DNA of 64,000 bases from Bacteroidales bacterium (GCA_028282585.1 JANQHR010000052.1:32001-96000), one strand, 5' to 3'. Positions 9,315-19,996 are shown, numbered from the stretch's first letter. Made by a program: numbers and translations. The notes: generated by a model not told the origin, from the sequence alone.

Positions 9315-11417
9315 TTACTTACTTAAAACCTTGAATTCAACTCTTCTGTTCTGTGCCCGGCCTTCTTCAGTATTGTTATCTGCAACAGGCTGATTGAAAG
9401 AGTAACCTTTATATTCTAATCTACCAGCACCAACTCCTTGTTCTATTAAATAATCAACCACACTCTTAGCTCTTGACTCCGATAATTTCTGGTTTGCACG
9501 ATAAGAACCAACATTATCTGTATGACCAGAAATTTCCAGTCGAATTGTCGGATTCTCTTTTAGTAATTTCGCGACACGTTCCAGCTCAGCAGTTGACTCT
9601 TCCTTTATTGTTGCTTTATTGGTTTCGAAAAATATATTGTTCAAAATCATCTTTGCACCAACATCTATCTTATCTAGTTGGAAATTAGCTGTTACTTTGC
9701 TATCAACTACTTGTTTTTGCGATAATGCAGCAATTTCAACAAAAAATAAATAATCTTTTGCAGTTACTTCAATTCCATAATCTTTCTTTTTAGGAATCTT
9801 TATCTGGTAATTACCGGCAGTATCCGTTAGTCCAGTTGCAATTACCTGGCTTTGCTCTAAGTCAATAACTTCTATTTTTGCAAAGTTAATTCCTTCTGCT
9901 GTTTTAGAATCGGTTACTGTACCTGCCATAAACAATGCAGTATCAACTTTAAATTCTGAAGGTTTTTTGTAAAATAAATCTTCGATTGGTTTATGATTCC
10001 ATGCAAGGAATATATCTTCGGTTTTAAGTTTTAACTCTTTTTCTTCACCTAAGAAAATTACTTTATACAGATCTTTTCCACCAAAACCATTATCCCTAAC
10101 CGATGAATAGTAAGCTTGCTTATTGCTTTCCTCCATTTTAAAGAAAATATCATCGTTTGGAGTATTAATAGGATAACCAAGATTTTCGGGATTGGACCAC
10201 ATTCCATTTTCATTTCTTTCTATAACAAATACATCAAATCCTCCCATTGAGTTATGGCCTTGAGAACTGAAATATAATTTATCTTCTTTTGGATGCCAAT
10301 ACACGCCTTCCTCATCATAAATGGTATTTACAGCTGCACCCATATTCATTGGTTCTGTCCATTTACTTTTTTCATCCAGCTTACTATAGAAAATATCCAT
10401 CCCCCCAATTGTTCCTGGCCTGTTCGAAACAAAGAATAATTCGCTTCCATCATTATTAAACGCAATAGTGGTTTCCTTGTATTTTGATAAAATTTTATTC
10501 GATATTCCTTTAGGAGATTTCCAGTTACCATTTTTTAATTCACTTACTAAAATATCACCTCCGTTCTCATCGCCATTGTATAAGTATATTTTAGTTCCAT
10601 CCGAAGAAATTGTTAAAACTGACTCATTTCCCTTTGAATCTAATTTATTCTCCAATAATTTAGGTTTCCTCCACAATTCACCTGCTTGCTCTGATGTAAA
10701 TACATTTTCTAAAAATTTGTTATCACCTTCGTATCTTCTATCTTTTCCTTCTGTCTCCCGTCTTGAAGTAAAATACATGATATCCTCTTTTGGATGAAGA
10801 ACAGGATTATAATCATCATATTCAGAATTAACTCTTTCACTTAAGTTATTAATTATGACCCTAACAGGATTATTTACCAACTCTTGTCCATACTTACATT
10901 GTTTAATATAATTATCGACTCCAATATCAAATTTCTCAAGCTCCTTTACCGAGAAAGAACTATAATAAGCCTTATATTGTTCTATTGCGTTTTCAAAATC
11001 CAGATTAAAATGATAAGCTCTAGCCAGCATATAGTGTATATCCCTGGCAATATTATTATCTTTTAAATATGCTTTTTCAAGATATTCAGCAGCATAATAA
11101 AATTTATCAGAAGCCAAATAACAAACTCCAATTTTGTAATTCAGGCTTGCACAATCAGAATTATACTTATAGGCCTTCAGGTAATGTTCCAAAGCTTGAG
11201 GAAAGGTTCCAAGCCCCTCGCTATATAACTTTTCACCTTTTTTAACATGTTTCCATGCTTCATTAAATCCCACTTCTTTAATTTCAATTTGAAAATCGGA
11301 TTTTTTAATTTTAATGTCTTCCTGTGCACTTAAAGTTGCAGTAAATGCTGAAAAAATAAATAACGATAATATGGTTGTTTTAATAATTTTCATTTCAAAT
11401 GATTTTAAGTTATTCAC
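9315..11417 (-). CDS. TPR + PD40 beta-propeller + OmpA-like peptidoglycan-binding protein (PorE-like architecture)
   Basis: Signal peptide, TPRs, repeated YFTS/FFVS..GG.D PD40 motifs, C-terminal EISGHTDNVG...LSESRA...NRRVEF. Confidence 0.9.
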   Translation of the reverse strand: MNNLKSFEMKIIKTTILSLFIFSAFTATLSAQEDIKIKKSDFQIEIKEVGFNEAWKHVKKGEKLYSEGLGTFPQALEHYLKAYKYNSDCASLNYKIGVCYLASDKFYYAAEYLEKAYLKDNNIARDIHYMLARAYHFNLDFENAIEQYKAYYSSFSVKELEKFDIGVDNYIKQCKYGQELVNNPVRVIINNLSERVNSEYDDYNPVLHPKEDIMYFTSRRETEGKDRRYEGDNKFLENVFTSEQAGELWRKPKLLENKLDSKGNESVLTISSDGTKIYLYNGDENGGDILVSELKNGNWKSPKGISNKILSKYKETTIAFNNDGSELFFVSNRPGTIGGMDIFYSKLDEKSKWTEPMNMGAAVNTIYDEEGVYWHPKEDKLYFSSQGHNSMGGFDVFVIERNENGMWSNPENLGYPINTPNDDIFFKMEESNKQAYYSSVRDNGFGGKDLYKVIFLGEEKELKLKTEDIFLAWNHKPIEDLFYKKPSEFKVDTALFMAGTVTDSKTAEGINFAKIEVIDLEQSQVIATGLTDTAGNYQIKIPKKKDYGIEVTAKDYLFFVEIAALSQKQVVDSKVTANFQLDKIDVGAKMILNNIFFETNKATIKEESTAELERVAKLLKENPTIRLEISGHTDNVGSYRANQKLSESRAKSVVDYLIEQGVGAGRLEYKGYSFNQPVADNNTEEGRAQNRRVEFKVLSK

Positions 11418-12456
11418 ATTCTGTTATATATTTTTCAGCTTCTTCTATCCCGAGTTCTCTGGCCATTTTCCAATCTGCACAAGCTGCTGGAAATTTTCCT
11501 AAAAACTCTCTGGCGTATCCCCTGTTCATATATGCTTCTGCATACTCAGGGTCTATTCCAATGGCCTTATCCAGATCCTGTTCAGCTCCCAGATAATTTT
11601 CCATTTTTATTTTTGTAATTCCAGAGTTGTTATATGCTGGTGCATATTCTTTATTCAATTCAATTGCTTTTTGAAAATCACGCAAAGCAGCATCATAATT
11701 ACTCATCTGATAATATGCATTTCCTCGATTATTAAACGCTAAATAATATTCCGGATCTTTTTTTACTGCTTTTGTAAAATCGTCTATCGCACCTTGAAAA
11801 TCGCCTGTTTTGATTTTACAACTAGCTCTGTTATCATATGCAACAACTATAGTTGAATCATAAGCCAAGGCTTGCTTATAATCATGAATAGCTCCATGAT
11901 GGTCGCCTAACATTCTCTTTGCGCTTGCTCTTTCGTTATAGGCATATGCAAAATCATAATTTTTATCGATTGCGAGAGTAAAATCAATCAAAGCACTGTT
12001 ATAGTCTAATAATTCAAAATTCATTAATCCCCGGTAATAATATGCTTCTGACTCCGTAAATCCTTTTTGTATGGAATGTGTAAAATCAGTTAAGGCATTT
12101 TGATAATCCTTCATCAGAAGTTTCATATATCCTCTAACATAAAAAGCTTCACCCAAATTCTGATTTAATTCAATCGCTTTTGCCACATCGTTCATTGCCA
12201 AATCAAATTCTTGATTTAAGATTTTAATCTTAGCCCTTTCAAGGTAAGGATTTGCAAATTCAGGATAAATAAATAAAGCTTCATCAAACTTTAAATGTGC
12301 CTTAGTGTAGTCGCCTTCCTTGGCAAATCGAACACCTTCATTAAAAAGCAATTTTGCGTTTTTTTGAAGTTCCTTTAACTCCTCTTCAATAGAATTTTGT
12401 GAAAAAGAACTAAAAACAAGCAAAATAGCAAATAAGGTAACGGATAATTTCTTCAT
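11410..12456 (-). CDS. Secreted tetratricopeptide repeat protein
   Basis: Signal peptide followed by multiple AYxxRG...AxxDFxxAI TPR units. Confidence 0.9.
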   Translation of the reverse strand: MKKLSVTLFAILLVFSSFSQNSIEEELKELQKNAKLLFNEGVRFAKEGDYTKAHLKFDEALFIYPEFANPYLERAKIKILNQEFDLAMNDVAKAIELNQNLGEAFYVRGYMKLLMKDYQNALTDFTHSIQKGFTESEAYYYRGLMNFELLDYNSALIDFTLAIDKNYDFAYAYNERASAKRMLGDHHGAIHDYKQALAYDSTIVVAYDNRASCKIKTGDFQGAIDDFTKAVKKDPEYYLAFNNRGNAYYQMSNYDAALRDFQKAIELNKEYAPAYNNSGITKIKMENYLGAEQDLDKAIGIDPEYAEAYMNRGYAREFLGKFPAACADWKMARELGIEEAEKYITECE

Positions 12457-12637
12457 TCTTTTATAAATTGATTTTCGGTATACTCTGCTTATACTCCAAA
12501 TTGACTTAAATTGTTTAATTATAAGAAAAGTATTGTAAAAATAAAAATTTATACAGGGTTAACTAAAAACTATATCGCTTAATTTTCAATTTTCATAAAA
12601 GTTTATTTTATTGCATTAAATTAGGATTTGTTTAAAT

Positions 12638-12991
12638 ATGGAATCAAAAAAATTAGTCGACTTAACATACCTATACGAAATAAGCGATGGAAGTGATAAT
12701 TTAATTAATGACTTATTTGAAATGTTTTTTAAACAAATTCCGGAATATCAAGATTTACTTATCGGTTTTTATGAGAAAAGGGATTTCTACAACTTAGGTA
12801 GAATAGCGCACAAAGCAAAATCTGCAATCCTAATGCTAGGACTAAAAGACCTTGCTAATGAGCTAAAAAAATTAGAAGAAAATGCAAAAGAGGGGAAAAA
12901 TTTTAATGAATATCAGGAAATAATTGCTAAATTTGTAAGAGATAGTAATATTGCACTAGAAGAACTAAAGGAAATAAAGAATAATAAATAA
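12638..12991 (+). CDS. Hpt domain protein
   Basis: DLTYL N-terminus, AHKAKS phosphoacceptor motif. Confidence 0.85.
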   Translation: MESKKLVDLTYLYEISDGSDNLINDLFEMFFKQIPEYQDLLIGFYEKRDFYNLGRIAHKAKSAILMLGLKDLANELKKLEENAKEGKNFNEYQEIIAKFVRDSNIALEELKEIKNNK

Positions 12992-13017
12992 ATATATTAA
13001 CTTTAAAACCGGAATAT

Positions 13018-13356
13018 ATGTTAATACACGAATCGAACAACGGAATTGAGATATTAAAGTTTGATAATGTAAGTAAATTAAATATCTTAATTGCTCAGTC
13101 TTTAAAAGAAGAGGTTGCTCAATATTTAACAAAGGCAAATACAAAACTTGTTCTTGACCTAGCGGGTATTGAATATGTTGACAGTTCTGGTTTTGGCGCT
13201 TTGTTATCCATTTTAAGAAATGCAAAAAATAACGATAGTCAGTTTAAAATTTGCAGTATTTCTCCCGACGTTATGGAATTAGTTAAATTACTTCAATTGC
13301 ATAATGTATTTGATATTTGTGATAATGTGGAAAAGTGCATGAAATCATTTGAATAA
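13018..13356 (+). CDS. STAS domain anti-sigma-factor antagonist
   Basis: LVLDLAGIEYVDSSGFGAL motif. Confidence 0.9.
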   Translation: MLIHESNNGIEILKFDNVSKLNILIAQSLKEEVAQYLTKANTKLVLDLAGIEYVDSSGFGALLSILRNAKNNDSQFKICSISPDVMELVKLLQLHNVFDICDNVEKCMKSFE

Positions 13357-13361
13357 AATAT

Positions 13362-13385
13362 AAAACCGGCATTTGCCGGTTTTTT
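13362..13385 (+). terminator. Intrinsic terminator
   Basis: aaaaccggca-tt-tgccggtttttt. Confidence 0.8.
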
Positions 13386-13518
13386 GTTTATATACTCTTG
13401 TCCTTTTTAATTCTCTTTTTATCTTTCATTTAAATCTGGTTATTTTTGATTCTTAGGCTATTTTAAACGTTGTCTTAGCTAAAAATTAAGTAGCTTTAAA
13501 CGATTAAATGACTCCAAT

Positions 13519-14316
13519 ATGAACTACTTTCAACTAAAAATGGAAATTACAAATGAAGCTGATGGTATATATACTTTGCTAATTTCTGATAAATGTTCTG
13601 AAAGTAGAATAAAATTCTCACCTAAAACAAAAGACATTCAATACCTTGATAATTTGAAACTTACACAATTTATTAAATTAAGAGAGTTCCAACTAAGAAA
13701 ACTCTTACATAACAAAAAGCATGATTCGTTTTTCATTGGATTTAAGTTGAAATTTGTTTTACACGATGGTTTACCTGATACTAATTATTATGATAAAACT
13801 AAAATTACTATACTAAATAATCTGGGAAATAAATTTATTGTAAAGAAAACAGATAAAAAAACTCAAAACATTCCAGAACTATACACAGACGGATCATTTA
13901 ATCATCAGACTAAACTAGGTGGATATGCAATTTTAATAAAGTCAGTTGAAAATAAATATCATTTAAACCAGGTAAAAATAAAAAATAAGGATAATAACTT
14001 AGTTGAACTTTTAGCAGTAATCGAAGGCTTAAAATATTTAATAGATGAAATTAAAGTAAGGGTTATTACTGATAGTCAATACGTAATAAAAGGTATTACT
14101 GAATGGCTGCCTTTATGGAAAATAAATGATTTTTATACAGCCAATGGAACAAAAGCAAAAAATATAAGTGAATGGAAAGAAATAGATCAACTGATACAAA
14201 GTAAATATTTGGAATTTGAATGGGTAAAATCACATTCTGACCATTTTGAAAACACAATTTGTGATATGAAAGCCAAATCAACACATAAAACTAAAACAGA
14301 TGAAAAAAATCAATAA
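13519..14316 (+). CDS. rnhA: Ribonuclease HI with ~120-aa N-terminal extension
   Basis: YTDGS, NNLVELLAV, TDSQYV..GITEW, FEWVKSHS..N..CD RNase HI motifs. Confidence 0.8.
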   Translation: MNYFQLKMEITNEADGIYTLLISDKCSESRIKFSPKTKDIQYLDNLKLTQFIKLREFQLRKLLHNKKHDSFFIGFKLKFVLHDGLPDTNYYDKTKITILNNLGNKFIVKKTDKKTQNIPELYTDGSFNHQTKLGGYAILIKSVENKYHLNQVKIKNKDNNLVELLAVIEGLKYLIDEIKVRVITDSQYVIKGITEWLPLWKINDFYTANGTKAKNISEWKEIDQLIQSKYLEFEWVKSHSDHFENTICDMKAKSTHKTKTDEKNQ

Positions 14317-14869
14317 AAAACCAACTCCTTTAATCTACCCTGTTCCTGCAGCCATGGTAAGCTGTGGGTCAAATCCTGAAGAATATAATATAATAACTAT
14401 CGCTTGGACCGGAACCGTAAATTCAATTCCGCCAATGTGTTACGTTTCCATAAGAAAAGACAGATATTCGCATTCAATAATTGAAAAAAATCGGGAATTC
14501 GTAATAAATTACTCTACCAAGAATCTGGTAAGAGCAGCTGATTTTTGTGGAAGAATGTCAGGAAGAGATTTTGATAAATTCAAGGAAATGAATCTAACGC
14601 CTAAAAAAGGTGAGATTGTATCAGTTCCAATTATTGAAGAATCTCCCGTTAATATAGAATGTAAAGTTACAGAAATTAAAGAATTGGGATCACATGACAT
14701 GTTTTTGGCAGAAGTTGTAAATATTCAGGTTTCAGAAGATTACATTGATAGTTCAAATGGCACAGTGAGTATGCGACATAAAGAATTAATGGCCTATTCG
14801 CACGGTAAATATGTTCAATTAGGCGAGATTTTAGAACAGGCTGGATTCTCAATTAAAAAGAATAAATAA
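14300..14869 (+). CDS. Flavin reductase family protein
   Basis: YPVPAAMV, NIITIAWTG, SGRDFDKF, PVNIECKV, GSHDMFLAEV. Confidence 0.9.
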   Translation: MKKINKKPTPLIYPVPAAMVSCGSNPEEYNIITIAWTGTVNSIPPMCYVSIRKDRYSHSIIEKNREFVINYSTKNLVRAADFCGRMSGRDFDKFKEMNLTPKKGEIVSVPIIEESPVNIECKVTEIKELGSHDMFLAEVVNIQVSEDYIDSSNGTVSMRHKELMAYSHGKYVQLGEILEQAGFSIKKNK

Positions 14870-14913
14870 ATCTGCTATTTTTGTTATACTTTTAAAAACC
14901 GGACTTTAATTTA

Positions 14914-17268
14914 ATGAGACAAAAGATATTTTTATTTGTTTCTTTATTCATTATTCATACAATTTCTGTGTATACTCAGGAAAATATGAATCAAACACTT
15001 CGAGGTATTGTTGTTGATCAAGAAACCCAAATACCTCTCTCAGGAGTCAATATTGTATTAACTGAATCAGATCCACAACAGGGAACAATAAGTAATGAAA
15101 ACGGTTATTTCCGTTTTGAAAATGTTAATATTGGAAGACACACTATACAGGCTAGTTACATTGGCTACAAAACTCAAATTATAGATAACCTAACAGTTAG
15201 TTCTGCAAAAGAAAAAATTGTTAAAATTGAATTGGAAGAATCTGTAACGAAACTTGATGAGGTAGTTATAAAAGCTTCGATACAAAAAGACAAGCCAATG
15301 AATAAAATGGCCATTACTAGCGCCCGCTCTTTTACAATTGATGAAACGAACCGATATCCGGGCAGTTACGGTGATCCAGCTAGAATGGCCGCTAATTATG
15401 CAGGAGTAATGTCTGTGCGTGATAACAGAAATGATATCATTATTCGTGGAAATTCGTCCACAGGTTTGTTATGGAGGTTAGATGGAGTTGAAATTCCTAA
15501 TCCAAACCATTTTGCAGCTTCAGGTACAACCGGCGGACCAATTACAATTCTGAATAATAACCTATTAACCAATTCCGATTTTATGACCGGGGCATTTCCT
15601 GCCGAATATGGAAACGCACTGGCCGGTGTTTTCGATTTAAAAATGCGAAACGGCAATAATGAAAAACGGGAACATTGGATGGAATTTGGTTATAATGGTT
15701 TGGAATTTGGAACTGAAGGACCTATTTCGAAAAAATCAAACTCTTCTTATTTAATTACCTATAGATACTCTTTAGTTGATATTATTGATCTTTTAGGTGC
15801 CGAAGTTGAAACAACCAAATACCAGGATTTAACATTTAAGTTGAACTTTCCAATGAAAAAAGGTCGTTTGAGCTTTATTGGAATGGGAGGAACCAGCTAT
15901 ATTGAAATGTTTGATTCAAACGATGCGCAAGAAGACTGGTCATTTGAAAGTTGGGGAGAAGATTTAAGTAATGGATCAAATATAGGGTCTCTTGCACTTT
16001 CTTATGTTCATTTTTTTGGAACAAAAACAAGATTGCAAAACGCTTTATCTTTGTATGGATCTGAAGTTACAACTCAAATTGATACTTTTTATAATGATCC
16101 AAACTTGATTGGAAACTGGGCAGGTGAGGAATCTTCCGAAGTAAAGGCAAGTTTTACATCGAGCCTAAATACCAAAATTAACAACAAAAATACTTTTAAT
16201 TCTGGTATAAAATTCGACCGATACTTTGTTAATTTTGCAGATAGTAGCATTGATAATGGATTGTTTATTGTTAATACCGAAGTTAAAAATGAACAATTTA
16301 ATCTATATCAGGCTTATGCTCAATTCAAACACAAATTTACAAATTACATTGATTTATATGCCGGTGTTAACTTTCAGTACCTGGATTTAAACAATTCATA
16401 TTCGATTGAGCCAAGGCTTGGTTTCAATTGGGTAATTAATCCCCGAAACTCCTTTAAATTGGGTTATGGTTTACATAGCCAAACACAACTAAGGGTAATT
16501 TATTTCACCCAAACCCAATTACCTGATGGTTCTTATACTTATTCGAACAAAAACCTTGATTTTACGAAAAGCCATCAATTTGTAATGGGTTATGACCATT
16601 CCTTCAGTGATAATCTAAGGCTTAAACTTGAAACATATTTGCAATATTTGTATGATGTGCCAGTAAAAGAAAGCCAGCCGGAATACTCAGTTTTAAACTT
16701 TGGGGCAGAATATTTTATTGAACGTGTAGATAGTTTAGTCAATGAGGGAACAGGAAAGAATTATGGAATAGAGTTAACCTTAGAGCGATTTCTAAATAAT
16801 AATTTTTACTTTTTAATTACAGGATCACTATATGAATCAACTTACAAAGGTTATGATGGTGTAAGAAGAAATACAGCATTTAATGGTAACTTTGCCATCA
16901 ATGTTTTAGGAGGCTATGAAATTCCGTTAAAAAGATATAATGCGTTTATAATTGGATTAAGAACAACTTATGCAGGCGGAAGGCCGTATGTTCCATATGA
17001 TGTGCAAGAAACTGTTGTTCAAAAGAAAGAAGTTCTTGATTGGGATAATGCATATGAAATTCAACAAGATGATTACTTCAGAATTAATTTACGATTAGGT
17101 ATTAAGCGAAATAAGCCAAAATTTAATGTTGAAATATCAATGGATTTGCAGTACAGGACAAACTATACAAGTGTTTATGAACATCGAATTGATCCATTGA
17201 CAGGTGAAGTATACCATAACTATGAAATGGCATTATACCCCATGGCGAATTATAGAATTCAATTTTAA
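14914..17268 (+). CDS. TonB-dependent outer membrane receptor (carboxypeptidase-like N-domain)
   Basis: Signal peptide, plug motifs DPARM..IIIRGNS..DGVEIPNPNH, AFPAEYGNAL, C-terminal Phe. Confidence 0.9.
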   Translation: MRQKIFLFVSLFIIHTISVYTQENMNQTLRGIVVDQETQIPLSGVNIVLTESDPQQGTISNENGYFRFENVNIGRHTIQASYIGYKTQIIDNLTVSSAKEKIVKIELEESVTKLDEVVIKASIQKDKPMNKMAITSARSFTIDETNRYPGSYGDPARMAANYAGVMSVRDNRNDIIIRGNSSTGLLWRLDGVEIPNPNHFAASGTTGGPITILNNNLLTNSDFMTGAFPAEYGNALAGVFDLKMRNGNNEKREHWMEFGYNGLEFGTEGPISKKSNSSYLITYRYSLVDIIDLLGAEVETTKYQDLTFKLNFPMKKGRLSFIGMGGTSYIEMFDSNDAQEDWSFESWGEDLSNGSNIGSLALSYVHFFGTKTRLQNALSLYGSEVTTQIDTFYNDPNLIGNWAGEESSEVKASFTSSLNTKINNKNTFNSGIKFDRYFVNFADSSIDNGLFIVNTEVKNEQFNLYQAYAQFKHKFTNYIDLYAGVNFQYLDLNNSYSIEPRLGFNWVINPRNSFKLGYGLHSQTQLRVIYFTQTQLPDGSYTYSNKNLDFTKSHQFVMGYDHSFSDNLRLKLETYLQYLYDVPVKESQPEYSVLNFGAEYFIERVDSLVNEGTGKNYGIELTLERFLNNNFYFLITGSLYESTYKGYDGVRRNTAFNGNFAINVLGGYEIPLKRYNAFIIGLRTTYAGGRPYVPYDVQETVVQKKEVLDWDNAYEIQQDDYFRINLRLGIKRNKPKFNVEISMDLQYRTNYTSVYEHRIDPLTGEVYHNYEMALYPMANYRIQF

Positions 17269-17316
17269 CAAAAAAAGGATTGTTTTGTTATCTTCGCAGG
17301 TATCCAAACATAGATA

Positions 17317-18657
17317 ATGAAAATACTTTTAATAAATACTCCCCGGTCACCACATAATAAGATACTGGAATCTGCTCCGACAGAAGCAAAAAAGTTTATT
17401 CATAAAAAATTAATAGGGCCACCTCTTGGATTGATGACTGTTGCTGAAGCTGTTAAGGACTACGATGTTGTGTTTTTTGAAACCAAGGGGGAGTATGATT
17501 TATACCCGGATACAACTCCTCTGCTTGACCAACTAGTTTTAGATTTGCTAAATAAACATAAACCGGATATGGTTGGAACAACCACCATTGCTTCGGAATT
17601 TTATTATGCTATTGATATCTTTAAAACCGTTAAAACTTTTGATCCTGAAATTTTAACAGTTGCCGGGGGATTACATACAAGTTTATCACCAAATGATTTT
17701 ACAGATCCTTGCGTTGATTTAATACTCCCAGGACAATCGGCTCATATTTTTAGAGAAGTTGTTGAAGCAAAGGAAAAAAACGAAGGTTTTGAAAATATAC
17801 CAGGAATCATCATAAATAAGAACGGGAAGTTGCATAAAACTAAAACCAGAACACATCATTTCAATTCAGCAAAAAATGATTTTTTAATGCCAGACAGAAA
17901 ATTAGTTGAACCATGGAGGAATAGCTATTTTGTGGGCAATGCCCCCCACCCTTCCACCTATTTATTTACCTCACTGGGATGCCCTTATAAATGTACATTT
18001 TGTTCTATATGGTGCCAGTATCAAGGTAAATATTTACAACGTGATGTAGAAAGTATTATTGCTGAATTAAAAGAAATCGACTATGAAATAGTTCGATTTG
18101 CAGATGCAAATACGATCGTTGATGAAAATTTGATTGATCATCTTTTCGACCGCATTGAACAAGAAGGAATTAAGAAAACATACATTATGGATATCAGAAC
18201 TGATACAGCAGTAAATAATCCTAAACTTATTGAAAAACTGGCTAAAAATGGGTTAAAAGTTGTAATCTGTGGGTTTGAATCATTCCGTGAGGAAGAATTG
18301 AAAAAATACAATAAAAGTTCTGAGGCTAAACTTATACACCAGGCCATAGATATCTTTCATCAAAACGATATTATGTTGCGGGGGAACTATGTTATTCCAA
18401 ACGATTATAACGAATCGGATTTTGAAGCTTTATCTGAATATACCAACTCCCACAGAGTTACCTACGCAGGTTACACAATACTTACCCCTATGCCTGGAAC
18501 TCCTTTCTACAATGAAATTAAAGGCCAGATAATTGATTTCGACCTTTCAAAATACAATTTTTTTAATAGTGTATTAAAAACTAAACTGCCTTTAGAAAAA
18601 TTTTATGAAAATGTGGGTAAACTTTGGTTAATCAAAAAAGGGACTGACGTAATTTAG
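17317..18657 (+). CDS. B12-binding radical SAM protein
   Basis: PPLGL, GGLH.S B12-domain motifs; CPYKCTFC; GFES; LTPMPGT. Confidence 0.9.
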   Translation: MKILLINTPRSPHNKILESAPTEAKKFIHKKLIGPPLGLMTVAEAVKDYDVVFFETKGEYDLYPDTTPLLDQLVLDLLNKHKPDMVGTTTIASEFYYAIDIFKTVKTFDPEILTVAGGLHTSLSPNDFTDPCVDLILPGQSAHIFREVVEAKEKNEGFENIPGIIINKNGKLHKTKTRTHHFNSAKNDFLMPDRKLVEPWRNSYFVGNAPHPSTYLFTSLGCPYKCTFCSIWCQYQGKYLQRDVESIIAELKEIDYEIVRFADANTIVDENLIDHLFDRIEQEGIKKTYIMDIRTDTAVNNPKLIEKLAKNGLKVVICGFESFREEELKKYNKSSEAKLIHQAIDIFHQNDIMLRGNYVIPNDYNESDFEALSEYTNSHRVTYAGYTILTPMPGTPFYNEIKGQIIDFDLSKYNFFNSVLKTKLPLEKFYENVGKLWLIKKGTDVI

Positions 18658-18783
18658 AAAACCTATTGATAGGTAAATTGAAGTCATTATTAACTCTTTA
18701 TTAGATCAATTTCATTAAAATTTAATCTATAATCTTTATTTTTTTAGTAAATTAGCTAATCACTAAAAATCTGGAGGTTTATT

Positions 18784-19161
18784 ATGAAACAAAAATTCAC
18801 AATTACAGGAATTATAACGATTTTTACTATTTTACTTTTCTCTACGGGTGCCTTTGCAAACAAAACTTCAGTTACCATTGTTGCTCCTGAAAAAGCGGAA
18901 AAAGGTAGTGAAATTACTGTAAAAATAGAAGTTAAACACATGGGTAACACTAAAGGGCATCACACTGATTGGGTATGGTTAAAAGTTAATGGTGAAGAAG
19001 TTAAAAGATGGGAGTATTCAAAAGCCGACTTGCCTGAAAGCCAAAATTTTACTTTAGAATACAAAGTTAAAGCAGATTCAAATCTTGAAATTATAGCAGA
19101 AGGAAACTGTAACAAACACGGTTCTAAAGGCACTGACAAAGTTACTGTTAAAGTTGATTAA
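18784..19161 (+). CDS. Secreted desulfoferrodoxin/superoxide-reductase-like metal-binding protein
   Basis: Signal peptide; H...HH.DW and C-terminal CNKHG resemble SOR-type iron ligands. Confidence 0.6.
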   Translation: MKQKFTITGIITIFTILLFSTGAFANKTSVTIVAPEKAEKGSEITVKIEVKHMGNTKGHHTDWVWLKVNGEEVKRWEYSKADLPESQNFTLEYKVKADSNLEIIAEGNCNKHGSKGTDKVTVKVD

Positions 19162-19172
19162 AATAACAAACC

Positions 19173-19355
19173 ATGTTTGGGATTGATATTATTCTATGGC
19201 TTGGAGTAATAAATTTATTCCTTGTGTTATTCCAGTTGTTAAGTGGATTAAGAGTATTGAAAGTAAAATATAAAACCCATAAAAGAATGGGAATTTTACT
19301 TTTCTTTACTGCTTTTATTCATGGGATTTATGCTATTGTAAGTTACTATATTTAA
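19173..19355 (+). CDS. Small two-TM membrane protein with His residues
   Basis: 60 aa, two hydrophobic segments, H..MG and H motifs; co-oriented with neighbours. Confidence 0.6.
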   Translation: MFGIDIILWLGVINLFLVLFQLLSGLRVLKVKYKTHKRMGILLFFTAFIHGIYAIVSYYI

Positions 19356-19384
19356 TTTATAACCAACTATTTAAATATTAAATT

Positions 19385-19996
19385 ATGAAAATTTTAAAAA
19401 CTGTTTTTGTTGCTCTTATTATTTTTGGGGCAATTACTGTTCAAGCACAAAAAATTAAAGTTACGCAGGGAAGTTTAGACTTTTTAAAAGGGCAAACTGC
19501 AGTATTACTTGAGTACGACTATAGCAATATGGCTGTTGGTAAATTTGATAAGGAAGAAGATTATATTGCTAAAAAAGTAGCTGAATATAATGAAAAAGAA
19601 GCCGGAAAAGGAGACATTTGGAAACAAAGTTGGTTTAGTGACCGGGAAGAAAGGTTTCATCCTATGTTTGAGAAACTTTTAACTGAATATACTAAGGGTA
19701 CCGGATGTAAATTTTCTCAAAATTCTACGGCTGATTATAAGTTAATTTTGCGAACAACTTTTACCGAACCTGGTTGGAACATTGGAGTTTCCAGAAGAGA
19801 TGCTATGATTAATGTTGAAATTCAGTTTGTAGAAACTGCAAATCCGGAAAGCGTTTTAGCTGTAATGACTATGGATAAAATCCCTGGTCGTGGTGCAATG
19901 GGTAATGATTATGATACTGGTTACAGAATTTCTGAAGCATATGCTAAATGCGGAAAATCGTTAGGTGATTACCTAAGCAAAAAAGTTTTTAAATAG
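19385..19996 (+). CDS. Secreted hypothetical protein
   Basis: 203-aa ORF with signal peptide ending VQA-Q. Confidence 0.7.
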   Translation: MKILKTVFVALIIFGAITVQAQKIKVTQGSLDFLKGQTAVLLEYDYSNMAVGKFDKEEDYIAKKVAEYNEKEAGKGDIWKQSWFSDREERFHPMFEKLLTEYTKGTGCKFSQNSTADYKLILRTTFTEPGWNIGVSRRDAMINVEIQFVETANPESVLAVMTMDKIPGRGAMGNDYDTGYRISEAYAKCGKSLGDYLSKKVFK

